Of a stretch of 64,000 nt of DNA, positions 18,382-27,924 are shown one piece after another. Every line of letters begins with the position of its first letter. Within the stretch, counting starts at the first letter, position 1. Under the pieces are notes generated by a model, which did not search any database, was not told the origin of the DNA, and was given only the letters and a program-made list of their open reading frames with translations. Source of the stretch: Bacteroidales bacterium. Lineage in GTDB: Bacteria; Bacteroidota; Bacteroidia; Bacteroidales; UBA4417. A program made the position numbers and the translations under genes. The stretch lies in the NCBI GenBank assembly GCA_038237165.1, contig JBBRYZ010000002.1, positions 9,395 through 73,394 of the forward strand. Direction: 5' to 3'.

Positions 18382-19588
18382 CCCCCAATTCCTTCCCCAC
18401 AACATATGCCGTTGAGAATGCCGCCTGCAAATTATACCCGCCGGTATCACCATCGATATCAATTACTTCACCGGCGAAATATAGTCCGGGAACAAGTTTT
18501 GACTCCATGGTCTTTGAATTTACCTCATCCAGGCTCACTCCACCGGCTGTAACCATTGCAGTATTAAATCCACCAACTTTCTCAACCATAAATGGAAATT
18601 CACAAAGCGTTGACACGAGCTGGATTCGTTGATTTTTCTTGATATCAGCAAGCCTCGTTTCTGGTTCAACCTGAATTGATTGCAGAATAATTAATACCAA
18701 GCTCCTGGGCAGATCAAATTTCCTGAGGTAAGTCTGTATGGCTGTTTTACCTTCTTTTTCCGAAGCGCGGATCAGTTCATTTCTGAAATTATCCATGTTC
18801 AGATCGATAAAATTTATTTTTAACATATCACCACTCAGGATATGCCTGGAGAAATCAAGTATTCCCGGTCCGCTCAGTCCTTTGTGGGTAAAGCCGATAT
18901 CGCCGCGATGTTCGCTGATTTTTTTATTTCCACGGTACAAATAGATCATTTTGTCCTGCACCGAAACGCCCGAAATGGAAGCCATACCATAATCACGAAT
19001 AAAAACCGGGCTTAGCGATGGCTTTGGAGGCACAACGGAATGGCCCAATTGTTTTGCAAAATGATACCCGTCACCCGTTGAACCAGTTGCCGGATATGAC
19101 ATTCCACCGGTTGTAATTACAAGAAACCTGGCAGAAAATATAGCCGTATTGGTTTTCACTTCAAAACCATCCTCTGTCTTATTAATTTCGGCAACATGCT
19201 GATTACATGATATCTCGATATTATTTTTCGAACAAACATTTACCAAAACCTGCAATACATCTGCGGCTTTTTGTGATGCCGGAAATACTTTACCGTTTTT
19301 ATCAACCACTGTTTCCATTCCATGATCTTCGAAAAAACGGAGCAGGTCGGTGTTGGTAAAGCTGTGCAAAGCCGTTTTCAGAAACCGCTGGTTATGGCCA
19401 TAGTGACTAAAAAAATTACTTAACTTACAATCGTGTGTAAGGTTGCAGCGGCCAGTGCCTGAAATAAGGAGTTTTTTGCCGGGCGTGGCATTTTTCTCCA
19501 GCACTATAACCTTGCCGCCTTTGCAATGAATGGCTGCAAAAAGGCCGGCAGGTCCTGCCCCAATAATAAGAACATCAGCAGTTTTCAA
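18377..19588 (-). CDS. NAD(P)/FAD-dependent oxidoreductase, HI0933 (BaiN/RdsA) family
   Basis: 403 aa. N-terminal DVLIIGAGPAGLFAA dinucleotide-binding motif and HI0933-like length. Confidence 0.85.
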   Translation of the reverse strand: MKTADVLIIGAGPAGLFAAIHCKGGKVIVLEKNATPGKKLLISGTGRCNLTHDCKLSNFFSHYGHNQRFLKTALHSFTNTDLLRFFEDHGMETVVDKNGKVFPASQKAADVLQVLVNVCSKNNIEISCNQHVAEINKTEDGFEVKTNTAIFSARFLVITTGGMSYPATGSTGDGYHFAKQLGHSVVPPKPSLSPVFIRDYGMASISGVSVQDKMIYLYRGNKKISEHRGDIGFTHKGLSGPGILDFSRHILSGDMLKINFIDLNMDNFRNELIRASEKEGKTAIQTYLRKFDLPRSLVLIILQSIQVEPETRLADIKKNQRIQLVSTLCEFPFMVEKVGGFNTAMVTAGGVSLDEVNSKTMESKLVPGLYFAGEVIDIDGDTGGYNLQAAFSTAYVVGKELGV

Positions 19589-19621
19589 ATGGAGTGATTA
19601 ACAATAACGAGATTTTTGCTG

Positions 19622-19629
19622 CAAAAGTA
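19622..19629 (-). promoter_or_regulatory. -7 box (TACTTTTG) for the HI0933-family gene
   Basis: TAnnTTTG on the minus strand, 34 nt upstream of ATG 19588. Confidence 0.45.
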
Positions 19630-19763
19630 GGGAGAAAGATAGGGTTTCTGAAAAATATCAGTTAAGAACCAAATCCCATGTTTTTACAATTATAAAAGCA
19701 TCGGAATGTCCGGAAAACAATACGCCTGAAGAGTTCCAATCAATTCTGATAGGAAAACATAAA

Positions 19764-20969
19764 TCAGTGTAAATCAATACGACCAATTTCAACGGATGCA
19801 CTGTCTTCCTTTTCCTTCTTAAAAGTAATCTGATCATAAATAATTTTAAACCAGATAAGTATGCATGGTAAAACTTTGAGATTGTATTGAATTACATATT
19901 CATCTCTCAGAAACCGGGGGAAAATATCCGTCGGAGACAAAGATGTTAAAATGAACGCGCTAACAAACAAGGCAATATTGATATAATTTTTCGGACTTGC
20001 CACAAACCACAACGAAATTCCGGCCATGGCAATAATAAACGTTGGCGATTCAGCCTTATGATTGAATATCACAATCCATATCAAAACAGAGGATAAGGCC
20101 AGTATCCTGAACGTAAAGTATTTGAAGTTCTGAAACTTGTAAAAAGGCAACATGAAAACCAACGCTCCACCCAGTACAACAAAAAGTTTATTAACGGGGA
20201 TTCCGAACCACGAATTGAACCAACCCATAACCGAGTATCCATATGAAGTTTCATGATCATTATAGAGCATATTGCCATAAGATATGTACAGGTTTTTATA
20301 GTGTTCGGGACTGACAAAAGCTAATGGAATTGCAAAAAGGAGTATGCTCCAAAAAGCTGAATAAAGAATTAATTTCCATTTTTGGGGATAAAACAAGAAC
20401 AGGGCAAAACCAACTATTCCAAATAATTTTATGTAAACGGAGAAAACAACACAAAACGTTGCGAGTATGAGCTTATCCTTTTCGAGCAATCCTAGTGTTA
20501 AAATTAATAAACCGGCAATAAGCGCGTTCGATTGTCCATTTTGCAATGAGGTCATCAATTCGATCAATGAAAGTAAAAGAATTAAACTTTTCTGTTTATC
20601 CGTATATCGGGGAAGATAATAAACCGCAAACAGAAGTAACAATGCGTTGAATAAATTCCACAAACTTAGTCCGAGCCAATCGGGAAATATGGCAAAGAGT
20701 CCGAAAAATGCAGCGAAGGTTGGTGTGTATTTGAATAAATCCCATTGCTCCAGCGGATATAAGATGTATAAATCTTTATTTTCGAGCAGATGATGAAACG
20801 ATTGCTCAAATATGACATAATTATTGTAAAACGTATACTCCAATCCTCCATCGAGAAAAGTTTTATTTCCTGACATCAAAGCCTGAATACCAGCAAATAA
20901 AGCAAAAATTACAAATAATACAAACAGGACTTTTTTTTGAAGTATGAAGTTTCCAAACTTGTTTACCAT
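19764..20969 (-). CDS. polytopic membrane protein, DUF2029/GT87-like glycosyltransferase
   Basis: 401 aa with at least 10 TM helices. The family call rests on overall architecture only. Confidence 0.45.
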   Translation of the reverse strand: MVNKFGNFILQKKVLFVLFVIFALFAGIQALMSGNKTFLDGGLEYTFYNNYVIFEQSFHHLLENKDLYILYPLEQWDLFKYTPTFAAFFGLFAIFPDWLGLSLWNLFNALLLLFAVYYLPRYTDKQKSLILLLSLIELMTSLQNGQSNALIAGLLILTLGLLEKDKLILATFCVVFSVYIKLFGIVGFALFLFYPQKWKLILYSAFWSILLFAIPLAFVSPEHYKNLYISYGNMLYNDHETSYGYSVMGWFNSWFGIPVNKLFVVLGGALVFMLPFYKFQNFKYFTFRILALSSVLIWIVIFNHKAESPTFIIAMAGISLWFVASPKNYINIALFVSAFILTSLSPTDIFPRFLRDEYVIQYNLKVLPCILIWFKIIYDQITFKKEKEDSASVEIGRIDLH

Positions 20970-21087
20970 TTTTAATAAAAGTTATAGTCAATATCGATGT
21001 GTTAGTATCCGGAACAAAACTTTAGTTTCCAAATTTGCAACATTGTCAGCGAAATTAAGAATAATGCGCAATATTTCGTCTGTTCAC

Positions 21088-21693
21088 TTATTTCTTGTCA
21101 CTATAATACCGAACCATAGGTCTGTTTTTAGAGGTTTGATCCACAATATCGAAACCGGCACGCTCAAATGATTTATACAAACCAATCCATGCAAATGAAT
21201 CCGGTAAGGATTCCGTCGTCGGGATAGTTGGATAAGCTTCAATAATTTTAATGCCTTTTTCTTTGGCATAACTGATAACACCTTTCAATAATTCCAGGGT
21301 AATTCCTTTTCGGCGGAAGTTTTTATCAATAAAAAAACAAGGTATTGACCACACCGGTTTGTCATCAATTCGTTTGTGAACACGCGATCTTTCAAGTTTT
21401 GTAAAATCTTCTCTTGGAGCAAAGGCACACCAGGCAATGGGTTGTCCTTCATAAAAACCAAGTATTCCCGTTGATTTTTTCTCTTTCACCAGTTCAAGCA
21501 TTGCATTCTTATTGCCATCAGAAGCTTTGCCCTCTTTAAAATCAGCTTTACTCAGCCGGTAATACATGCACCAGCAATTTCCGCAGGCTCCTTTTTCGCC
21601 GAAAAGTTGGACAAATTTTGTCCAGTTCGCTTTTGTCAGAGGTTCAAAAGTTATTGCGTTTAAAAATTCCGCGTCAGAATTTAATTTTGCCAT
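21088..21693 (-). CDS. GNAT-family N-acetyltransferase
   Basis: 201 aa. FIDKNFRRKGITLELLKGVISYAKEKG is an acetyl-CoA-binding motif. Confidence 0.75.
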   Translation of the reverse strand: MAKLNSDAEFLNAITFEPLTKANWTKFVQLFGEKGACGNCWCMYYRLSKADFKEGKASDGNKNAMLELVKEKKSTGILGFYEGQPIAWCAFAPREDFTKLERSRVHKRIDDKPVWSIPCFFIDKNFRRKGITLELLKGVISYAKEKGIKIIEAYPTIPTTESLPDSFAWIGLYKSFERAGFDIVDQTSKNRPMVRYYSDKK

Positions 21694-21827
21694 TCTTCTT
21701 TAATATTTCAGTTTTAACAACCTCAGCTAAAGGAATTAACTATGTAAAAATATTGATTTTTCGTTTCATCAGTGTTTGATTGAATTAAGTGAGAAATTTT
21801 AGCATCGGAAACATGTATGATTAATGG

Positions 21828-22526
21828 TTAATTATTATTAATAAAGACCTCCCATTTCCCTTTTTCCAGAATCGTAAATGTAAGATTGCATTGCCGCAAT
21901 ACGCCGGCAGCCGGAATAGTAAATCGCAGGGAGCAGGTAACCGGGAAACTATACCCGGCCACAACAACTTTTAAATTACCTGCAGGCCTGTAACCGGATG
22001 TAATGGTAACCACAAGATCGTTAGGGATATACTTTTTCTGGTATTTCTCAAACGAAATTTCGATAAGATTCACGGTATCAATGGTTTTCTTTATGGAGTA
22101 ATATTCTATTCCGGTAACGCTGGTAACCCGGTAACCTTCATCAGCGGGCGTGGCTCTTTTGTAAATTCCCTTTTTCCAATATCCTATAACTATTGAGTCT
22201 TTTCCGTTGATTACATGCCTGTATTCACCCACACCATCCTTAAGCCCGTTTTTAAATAAGCCTATGAAGACATCCCCATTTTTAAATTTATAAACACCTT
22301 TGCCTTCCGGTAATCCTTTTTTAAATAACCCATAATAAGTATCAATTCCGGACGAAACTCCCTGGCCATCAGCCAAACCATTTTTACACTGGCCTTCGTA
22401 AGTTCCTGAAATTTCGGGAAGTAAAACTTTGCAGCCGGAGTTATCTGCCTGTGAAAATGCGAACGATATCCCTGTAAACAGGATAAAAGCCAGCATAACG
22501 AGATGCTTTGAACTAAGTGTGATCAT
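21828..22526 (-). CDS. secreted MORN-repeat protein
   Basis: Repeated Y.G....G...G.G.Y motif. The internal start MITLSSKHLVMLAFILFTGISFAFSQ gives a signal peptide. Confidence 0.65.
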   Translation of the reverse strand: MITLSSKHLVMLAFILFTGISFAFSQADNSGCKVLLPEISGTYEGQCKNGLADGQGVSSGIDTYYGLFKKGLPEGKGVYKFKNGDVFIGLFKNGLKDGVGEYRHVINGKDSIVIGYWKKGIYKRATPADEGYRVTSVTGIEYYSIKKTIDTVNLIEISFEKYQKKYIPNDLVVTITSGYRPAGNLKVVVAGYSFPVTCSLRFTIPAAGVLRQCNLTFTILEKGKWEVFINNN

Positions 22527-22716
22527 TGAATTTGTATTTATATTAGTTAATGCAATTGTTAAAATAAGTTTACTGAAATAACAATGCAATTTAAGATTTA
22601 AAGTTGATCCTGGAGTCGCAAATATTGAAATATTAAATTTAAAAAAAAACCTCAAATATTACTACGCTATACCAACCGAACAATCGTTTTTATAATATGC
22701 TTCCGTTTTTTATCAA

Positions 22717-22724
22717 TAACTTTG
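22717..22724 (+). promoter_or_regulatory. -7 box (TAACTTTG) for the MFS gene
   Basis: TAnnTTTG 28 nt upstream of ATG 22752. It overlaps the alternative TTG start of the ORF track. Confidence 0.45.
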
Positions 22725-22751
22725 CTGCCTGCTAACCGGAGTCGTGGCGCT

Positions 22752-23918
22752 ATGAATGAAAGAATTTGGAATAAGGATTTTATTCTTCTGATATTGTCAA
22801 ATTTCCTGATGTATATTACGTATTATGCAATATTATCAGCTTTACCGATTTACTTAGTCAGCGATCTTAATGCTTCGAAAATGCAGGTAGGCATTGTAAT
22901 CGGGGCTTATACTATTGCATCGGTGCTGGTGCGTCCGTTTTCGGGTTTTGCCCTCGACAGGTTTGGACGCCGTACCATCTTTTTGGTGGCATTAATAATC
23001 TATACTTTGCTGTTTGCCGGCTACCTGGTTGCCATTACCATTATTGCCATAATATTGCTGCGATTTACGCAAGGCATAACCTGGGCATTTACTACCGTTT
23101 CGGGATCAACCATTGCCGTTGATATTATCCCGGTATCAAAACGGGGTCAGGGTATAGGATATTTCGCGCTTTCAACCACCCTGGGTATGTCTGTGGGACC
23201 GGTTATAGGTTTATTTGTCTGCAATCAGTGGGGTTATACCACCATGTTTGTTTCAGGCTGCTTTATAAGCGCAGCAAGCCTTGCATGTGCTTATGCCATT
23301 CATCTGCGAAAGCGGTTTGTGGTCGGCAAGCGCATAAAGCTTAAATGGAACAGTATGTTCGATAAAAAGTCTATCCGTCCATCGGTAAATGTTTTTATAA
23401 CCATGATTTCCTATGGTGGTATGCTTTCGTTTGTTGCCTTGTATGGACGTGAAATAGGAATTCAGAACTCCTCGCTATACTTTTTAATTCTTTCCATTGG
23501 AATCGCAGCTGCAAGGTTAACCACAGGAAAGGCCTTCGACAAAAACGGACCACGAAAAATTATTACTTTCTGCCTTATTTTACTGATAATAGGCTTCCCA
23601 ATACTGGCTTTAGCTAAAAATGCAGTGCTTTTTTATGTGTCAGCAATAATTATTGGTTTTGGAAATGGAGTAATATTTCCAACGTTTTCATCGATGGTGA
23701 ATAACCTTGCAGATTCCACCCATCGCGGAGCGGCTAATTCAACCCTTTACACCATGGTTGACCTGGGAATGGGAGTCGGAATGATCTCGGCGGGACTGAT
23801 TGCACAACATTTTTCTATTTCAGCTTTCTTCTGGATATGTGCCGCTGTGTGTGCCGCGGGACTATTGTTTTTCAGGATCGTTGTACTCAATCTTTACGAA
23901 AACCGGCTAAGTCGATAG
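22752..23918 (+). CDS. MFS transporter
   Basis: 12 TM helices and the MFS loop motif LDRFGRR. Confidence 0.8.
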   Translation: MNERIWNKDFILLILSNFLMYITYYAILSALPIYLVSDLNASKMQVGIVIGAYTIASVLVRPFSGFALDRFGRRTIFLVALIIYTLLFAGYLVAITIIAIILLRFTQGITWAFTTVSGSTIAVDIIPVSKRGQGIGYFALSTTLGMSVGPVIGLFVCNQWGYTTMFVSGCFISAASLACAYAIHLRKRFVVGKRIKLKWNSMFDKKSIRPSVNVFITMISYGGMLSFVALYGREIGIQNSSLYFLILSIGIAAARLTTGKAFDKNGPRKIITFCLILLIIGFPILALAKNAVLFYVSAIIIGFGNGVIFPTFSSMVNNLADSTHRGAANSTLYTMVDLGMGVGMISAGLIAQHFSISAFFWICAAVCAAGLLFFRIVVLNLYENRLSR

Positions 23919-23960
23919 CTGAATTTTTCAATTGTATTTTAGGTATTGATAACTTCTCAA

Positions 23961-24446
23961 TCATTTATTCTCTGAGCGTTTATACAAAGGCAGATATGTC
24001 AGCCGTGCCACGGTTTCAACCACCAGATCACCTTCTTTGGTGAAGGGCCAAACGAATAGTGCTTTTAAAGGATGATCTTTTCGAATATTATCAATAGCTG
24101 CCAGTATAAGTCGTTTTGCTATTCCTTTTCGCCGGAACTCTTCCAGTACAAGAGCCGAGCAAAGGTAAACAGCATCATAGGTTGTATCCGTCGGAGTAAG
24201 CTCGAAAAGCTCCTTCTCCGAAATTTTATTATCCAGAAATTGCTTCATCAGATCAATGGAGGTTGGTATCAGCAAAATCCATGCGACAGGTCCATTTGCA
24301 TCAGCATATTCCGAAACACTCGAAGGATGTAGTTTGTGCAACTGCTCTATAACTTCCTGGTTTACATCAAGCTGATCAGGATCATTTTTAACGGCAAAAA
24401 CTTCGTCTGCCAGTTGGATCATTCGCTCGTAATTGTTGGAAGACAT
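23961..24446 (-). CDS. GNAT-fold acetyltransferase-like protein
   Basis: 161 aa. LVLEEFRRKGIAKRLILAAI is an acetyl-CoA-binding-like motif. Confidence 0.5.
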   Translation of the reverse strand: MSSNNYERMIQLADEVFAVKNDPDQLDVNQEVIEQLHKLHPSSVSEYADANGPVAWILLIPTSIDLMKQFLDNKISEKELFELTPTDTTYDAVYLCSALVLEEFRRKGIAKRLILAAIDNIRKDHPLKALFVWPFTKEGDLVVETVARLTYLPLYKRSENK

Positions 24447-24605
24447 CTGTTTTGATCAGGAAAAATAATGTTTATATTTCGATTTTCTTCTATGCTTATT
24501 CAAGGGTTAACCTCTCCTTTCCGCATTCAATTAATTAGTGCTTTACAATAAGGTTTATGTATTTTTTAGTAAAATACCTCAAGTTGAATTTAAAATACCG
24601 AATAC

Positions 24606-24739
24606 TGAACAATGCGAATCAGGTGTTTCAATTGCAACTTATTAGTTATCTGGTGATCTCTTTCAAAGTTTAAAACCTTGAAAGTGTTTAACGCCCAAAT
24701 AGACAAAACATGAATTCAACCCTTGATTCGCATGAACAA
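24606..24739. mobile_element. MITE-like 134-bp element, copy 1
   Basis: Imperfect terminal inverted repeats of about 25 bp (TGAACAATGCGAATCAGGTGTTTCAATT / AATTCAACCCTTGATTCGCATGAACAA). The whole length aligns with 31953-32086. Confidence 0.55.
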
Positions 24740-24917
24740 GGAATTATGAACCCGATAGCTATCGGGTTCGAAGTAATGAAGCTATAGAATTAGCTCTATT
24801 ACCCTCATTGTTATTTATTCAATTCCAATCTCCTTGTTTTTACTTCAATATTCGATATTCCTTGTTCATTATTCGATATTACAATCTTTATTGGTTCTGG
24901 CTTAACCAGGTTAGGAT

Positions 24918-26015
24918 TTAGCCACCAATAGCAACCCCGATAATTTTACCGATTCCAAAAGTAACAGCTGCAGCCGCCAGTCCGAACAGCACCTGCCGGA
25001 AACCCGAAAACCATACATTTTTCCCGGTAAACAAGGTAATGGCAGCGCCAATTAAAAACAAACCCAGGGCACTTAAGCATACACTAAATGCAACTGCTGT
25101 CATTCCACTGATAAACATAAAGGGAATCACAGGAATTACGGCACCGATTGCGAAAAGCACAAAAGAATATAGAGCGGCCTCCATGGCAGAGCCTTTCATA
25201 TCATCGGGATTAATACCCAACTCTTCTACAACCAAAAGTTGATGAGCCTGAGTCGTATCCTTCATTATTTCTGCTGCCATTTCACGTGCCTGGCTTTCAG
25301 GAATTCCTTTTGCCATATAGATTAATGCAATCTCTTTTTGTTCTCCCTTGGGATTTGTGACGAGTTCATCCATTTCGAGGTCCATCTGGTTCTCGTACAA
25401 TTCCTTCGAACTTTTAACCGAAATCCATTCGCCCAGCGCCATCGAAAGAGCACCAGCCAATAATCCGGCGATACCGGCCAGCAAAACACCCTGGTTTCCT
25501 GAAGTTGCCCCGGCAATTCCCATTATCAGGCTGAAGTTGGAAAGCAAGCCGTCGCTCCCACCCAAAACGGCAGCACGTATTGCATTTCCTCCAACCGATC
25601 GGTGACGGCTTTCAAATTTCGAAAGCTGCTTGCCGGTTACATTTTCCTCCTTTTCGAGTATCGAGCGAAGTATTTTTACATGGTTGATTTCCGAACCGGT
25701 AATTTCCTGGTTTTTCTTTTTCTTGTTCGAGATAATATTGGATGATAAACTTTTTTCCGTGTCCAAAAGCACACCCAGAATATAATCATACCCGAACAAT
25801 CGCCCGATCGTGTTTAAAGTCTTAGCTCGCCACGAAGGCTTTATTAAGTTCGTCAAACTGATATTTTCGCGTATCGCAAAAGCCTCAGCATGACCTTTTT
25901 CAATCTCACTCATCTGCTTGAACACATCTGCAATGGTTGCATCAGATTCATTTTCAGCCAGCTTCTGATAAAGATAGCAAGTGTCAATTTCAGTCTGTGT
26001 ATTTTTGGATATCAT
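24918..26015 (-). CDS. VIT1/CCC1-family iron/manganese transporter with an N-terminal ferritin-like domain
   Basis: Ferritin/rubrerythrin-like N-terminus (EKGHAEAF), VIT1 motif GGSDGLLSNFSLIMG and C-terminal TM helices. ATG 26015 is chosen because the tRNA terminator covers the longer start. Confidence 0.8.
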   Translation of the reverse strand: MISKNTQTEIDTCYLYQKLAENESDATIADVFKQMSEIEKGHAEAFAIRENISLTNLIKPSWRAKTLNTIGRLFGYDYILGVLLDTEKSLSSNIISNKKKKNQEITGSEINHVKILRSILEKEENVTGKQLSKFESRHRSVGGNAIRAAVLGGSDGLLSNFSLIMGIAGATSGNQGVLLAGIAGLLAGALSMALGEWISVKSSKELYENQMDLEMDELVTNPKGEQKEIALIYMAKGIPESQAREMAAEIMKDTTQAHQLLVVEELGINPDDMKGSAMEAALYSFVLFAIGAVIPVIPFMFISGMTAVAFSVCLSALGLFLIGAAITLFTGKNVWFSGFRQVLFGLAAAAVTFGIGKIIGVAIGG

Positions 26016-26100
26016 AACCTGGATTTTAAAAATTTCACTGATATGCAATAGCAAAGGTAACTCAACCAGTTGATGAAAATCAGAATATTGAATCAGTTTC

Positions 26101-26136
26101 AAAAAAAAATGTCACCAATCAACGACTGATGACATT
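26101..26136 (-). terminator. rho-independent terminator after tRNA-Gly
   Basis: On the minus strand: AATGTCA(15 nt)TGACATT followed by T9. Confidence 0.7.
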
Positions 26137-26211
26137 TGGAGCGGAAAACGGGGATTGGACCCGCGACCTCCAGTTTGGGAAACTGGCGCTCTACCGCTGA
26201 GCTATTTCCGC
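26137..26211 (-). tRNA. tRNA-Gly (anticodon CCC), CCA encoded
   Basis: The reverse complement folds by hand into a cloverleaf: acceptor GCGGAAA/TTTCCGC, D-arm GCTC.AGCGGTA.GAGC, anticodon stem CCAGT/ACTGG with loop TTCCCAA, T-arm GCGGG/CCCGT. Confidence 0.85.
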
Positions 26212-26274
26212 CTGGTTGGCTGCAAAAGTAATAAATGATTGCAGTTTTCCGAAATTTCCTTTAAAAAAAAGCGA

Positions 26275-27552
26275 TTACTTTTCAAAAACCCTATATCCCC
26301 AGGCCTCAAGTGAAAAACAAGGCGTATCACATATAATTACAGGCATTTCAGTAATTACATCTTTATAACTGCCCTGGTAGCCCTGGCCGGTAAGACTAAA
26401 ATCTACCCTTTCTGCACTCAGATTTAAAACAACCATAATTTTATCAAGCCCGCTTTCGCGTTTAAAACAAAGGATTTTATCGTCACGATCGGTTGTAAGC
26501 AATTGAAAATCACCTTTTGACTGCAAACTCCACATCGCCAGGTTTCTCATACGCAGATATGCAAGTTTAGTGTAAAGTTCAGCAACCTTATCAGATTTCC
26601 AGTCAATGCAGTCTTTATCAAAAAAACTGAGCCTTCGGTTGTTTCCGGCTTCCATACCGGAATACAGCATTGGCATACCCGGAAGCGTAAATATAACCAC
26701 GGCAAGGGCTTCAAGAGCCGGTCCCAGCCGTTCTATTTCTGATCCGTTCCACGAATTCTCATCGTGGTTGCTGATAAACATGAGGTTGTCAGCACCTTCC
26801 GGGAAATCAGTAATCTCCGAAGGAATCCGCCAGCGGATCTCATCAGCTGAATATTTTCCATGTGCCATATCGTTCCATACATGCATCAGGTTCCAGTTGT
26901 ACAACACATCAAAAGCTTCTGCAACCAGCTCACGCTCTTCAGCCTCGGCAAGCATAAAAACAGGTTTCACCTCATCAAGAGCAACCCTTGCCTCGTTCCA
27001 GAAACTTGTTGGTACAAGATGAGCCATATCGCAACGGAATCCGTCAATATCGGCAGTTGTGAGCCAGAATTTCATGGACGAGATCATCTCCGAACGCAGG
27101 TCAGGGTTTGTGTAATCAAGCCCGATCACATCCTCCCAATCGGGGAATGGCGGATGAACCATGCCTATATCATTCCGGCGGTAAAATGTCGGGAATTCAT
27201 CCACCCAGTGATGGTCCCATGCGGTGTGATTGGCAACCCAGTCGAGAATAACATACATCCCCATTGCATGAATTTCATCCACAATTTCGATGAATTCGGA
27301 CATTGTGCCATAGGACTCATCCAGTTTACAATAATCCCGGATAGAATAATAGCTTCCGAGTGTACCTTTCCTGTTAAGGATTCCGATGGGCTGCAATGGC
27401 ATAAACCAAAGTATTCCGGCGCCAAGTTCCTTTAACCGCGGCAAATGCTGCCTGAACTCTTTAATTGTGCCTCCCGGCGTATATTGCCTGAGATTAACTT
27501 CGTATACTACCTGGTTGCGCGCCCATTCGGGGAATTTATATTTTTGACTCAC
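26275..27552 (-). CDS. alpha-amylase-family glycoside hydrolase (GH13)
   Basis: 425 aa. GH13 regions DWVANH, GFRCDMAHLV, MLAEAE and FISNHDE. Confidence 0.85.
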   Translation of the reverse strand: MSQKYKFPEWARNQVVYEVNLRQYTPGGTIKEFRQHLPRLKELGAGILWFMPLQPIGILNRKGTLGSYYSIRDYCKLDESYGTMSEFIEIVDEIHAMGMYVILDWVANHTAWDHHWVDEFPTFYRRNDIGMVHPPFPDWEDVIGLDYTNPDLRSEMISSMKFWLTTADIDGFRCDMAHLVPTSFWNEARVALDEVKPVFMLAEAEERELVAEAFDVLYNWNLMHVWNDMAHGKYSADEIRWRIPSEITDFPEGADNLMFISNHDENSWNGSEIERLGPALEALAVVIFTLPGMPMLYSGMEAGNNRRLSFFDKDCIDWKSDKVAELYTKLAYLRMRNLAMWSLQSKGDFQLLTTDRDDKILCFKRESGLDKIMVVLNLSAERVDFSLTGQGYQGSYKDVITEMPVIICDTPCFSLEAWGYRVFEK

Positions 27553-27562
27553 TTGTTTTCGG

Positions 27563-27625
27563 GGGTTAGGGATGGGGTTTAGGGTTTAGGGTTTGGCACT
27601 TGGTGCTTGGCACTTAGTGCTTTAC
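27563..27625. repeat. heptamer array (GTTTAGG changing to GCTTGGC), 9 units
   Basis: gggttag ggatggg gtttagg gtttagg gtttggc acttggt gcttggc acttagt gctttac. The array starts 11 nt upstream of the amylase ATG. Confidence 0.9.
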
Positions 27626-27853
27626 CTAATATATTGATGTATTTTTGGCAAAGTATTTAATCACACTAAGGCACAAAGTTCACTAAGCTGCTTTTTGTTA
27701 TCAATGGATTTGTGGAAAATCTTTTGGTTTCCGTACGGATAGCTATCGGGATGTCCAGGTTAGGATAATAGACCTTTGATCGAAGCTGAAGGACAGAGCT
27801 ATAGAGTTTAGAAGATTTAATCAAAATCTACATCTGAAAGGCATAGGAACAAG

Positions 27854-27916
27854 ACTCTTCTAACATTTCAAACTCTTCAATCCCATCAATCCCTTCAATC
27901 TCATCAATCCCTTCAA
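27854..27916. repeat. 9-mer array (ACTCTTCAA/TCCCTTCAA), 7 units
   Basis: The array ends 9 nt from the stop codon of the 27925 gene. Confidence 0.9.
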
Positions 27917-27924
27917 TCCTGAAT

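Noticed and set aside
18217-18632. ORFs encoding LQTFQALQTFQT and FEEFEMFEELEMFEEF-type peptides. The same applies to 57214-57402 (SNSSNPSISSN...) and 57326-57553.
   Set aside because: They are in-frame readings of the 9-bp arrays, since 9 is a multiple of 3. They are repeat artefacts.
27563-27591. Telomeric repeats indicating a linear replicon end
   Set aside because: There are only 2-3 TTTAGGG units. They are internal to the contig, flanked by ordinary genes, and continuous with the heptamer-array system.
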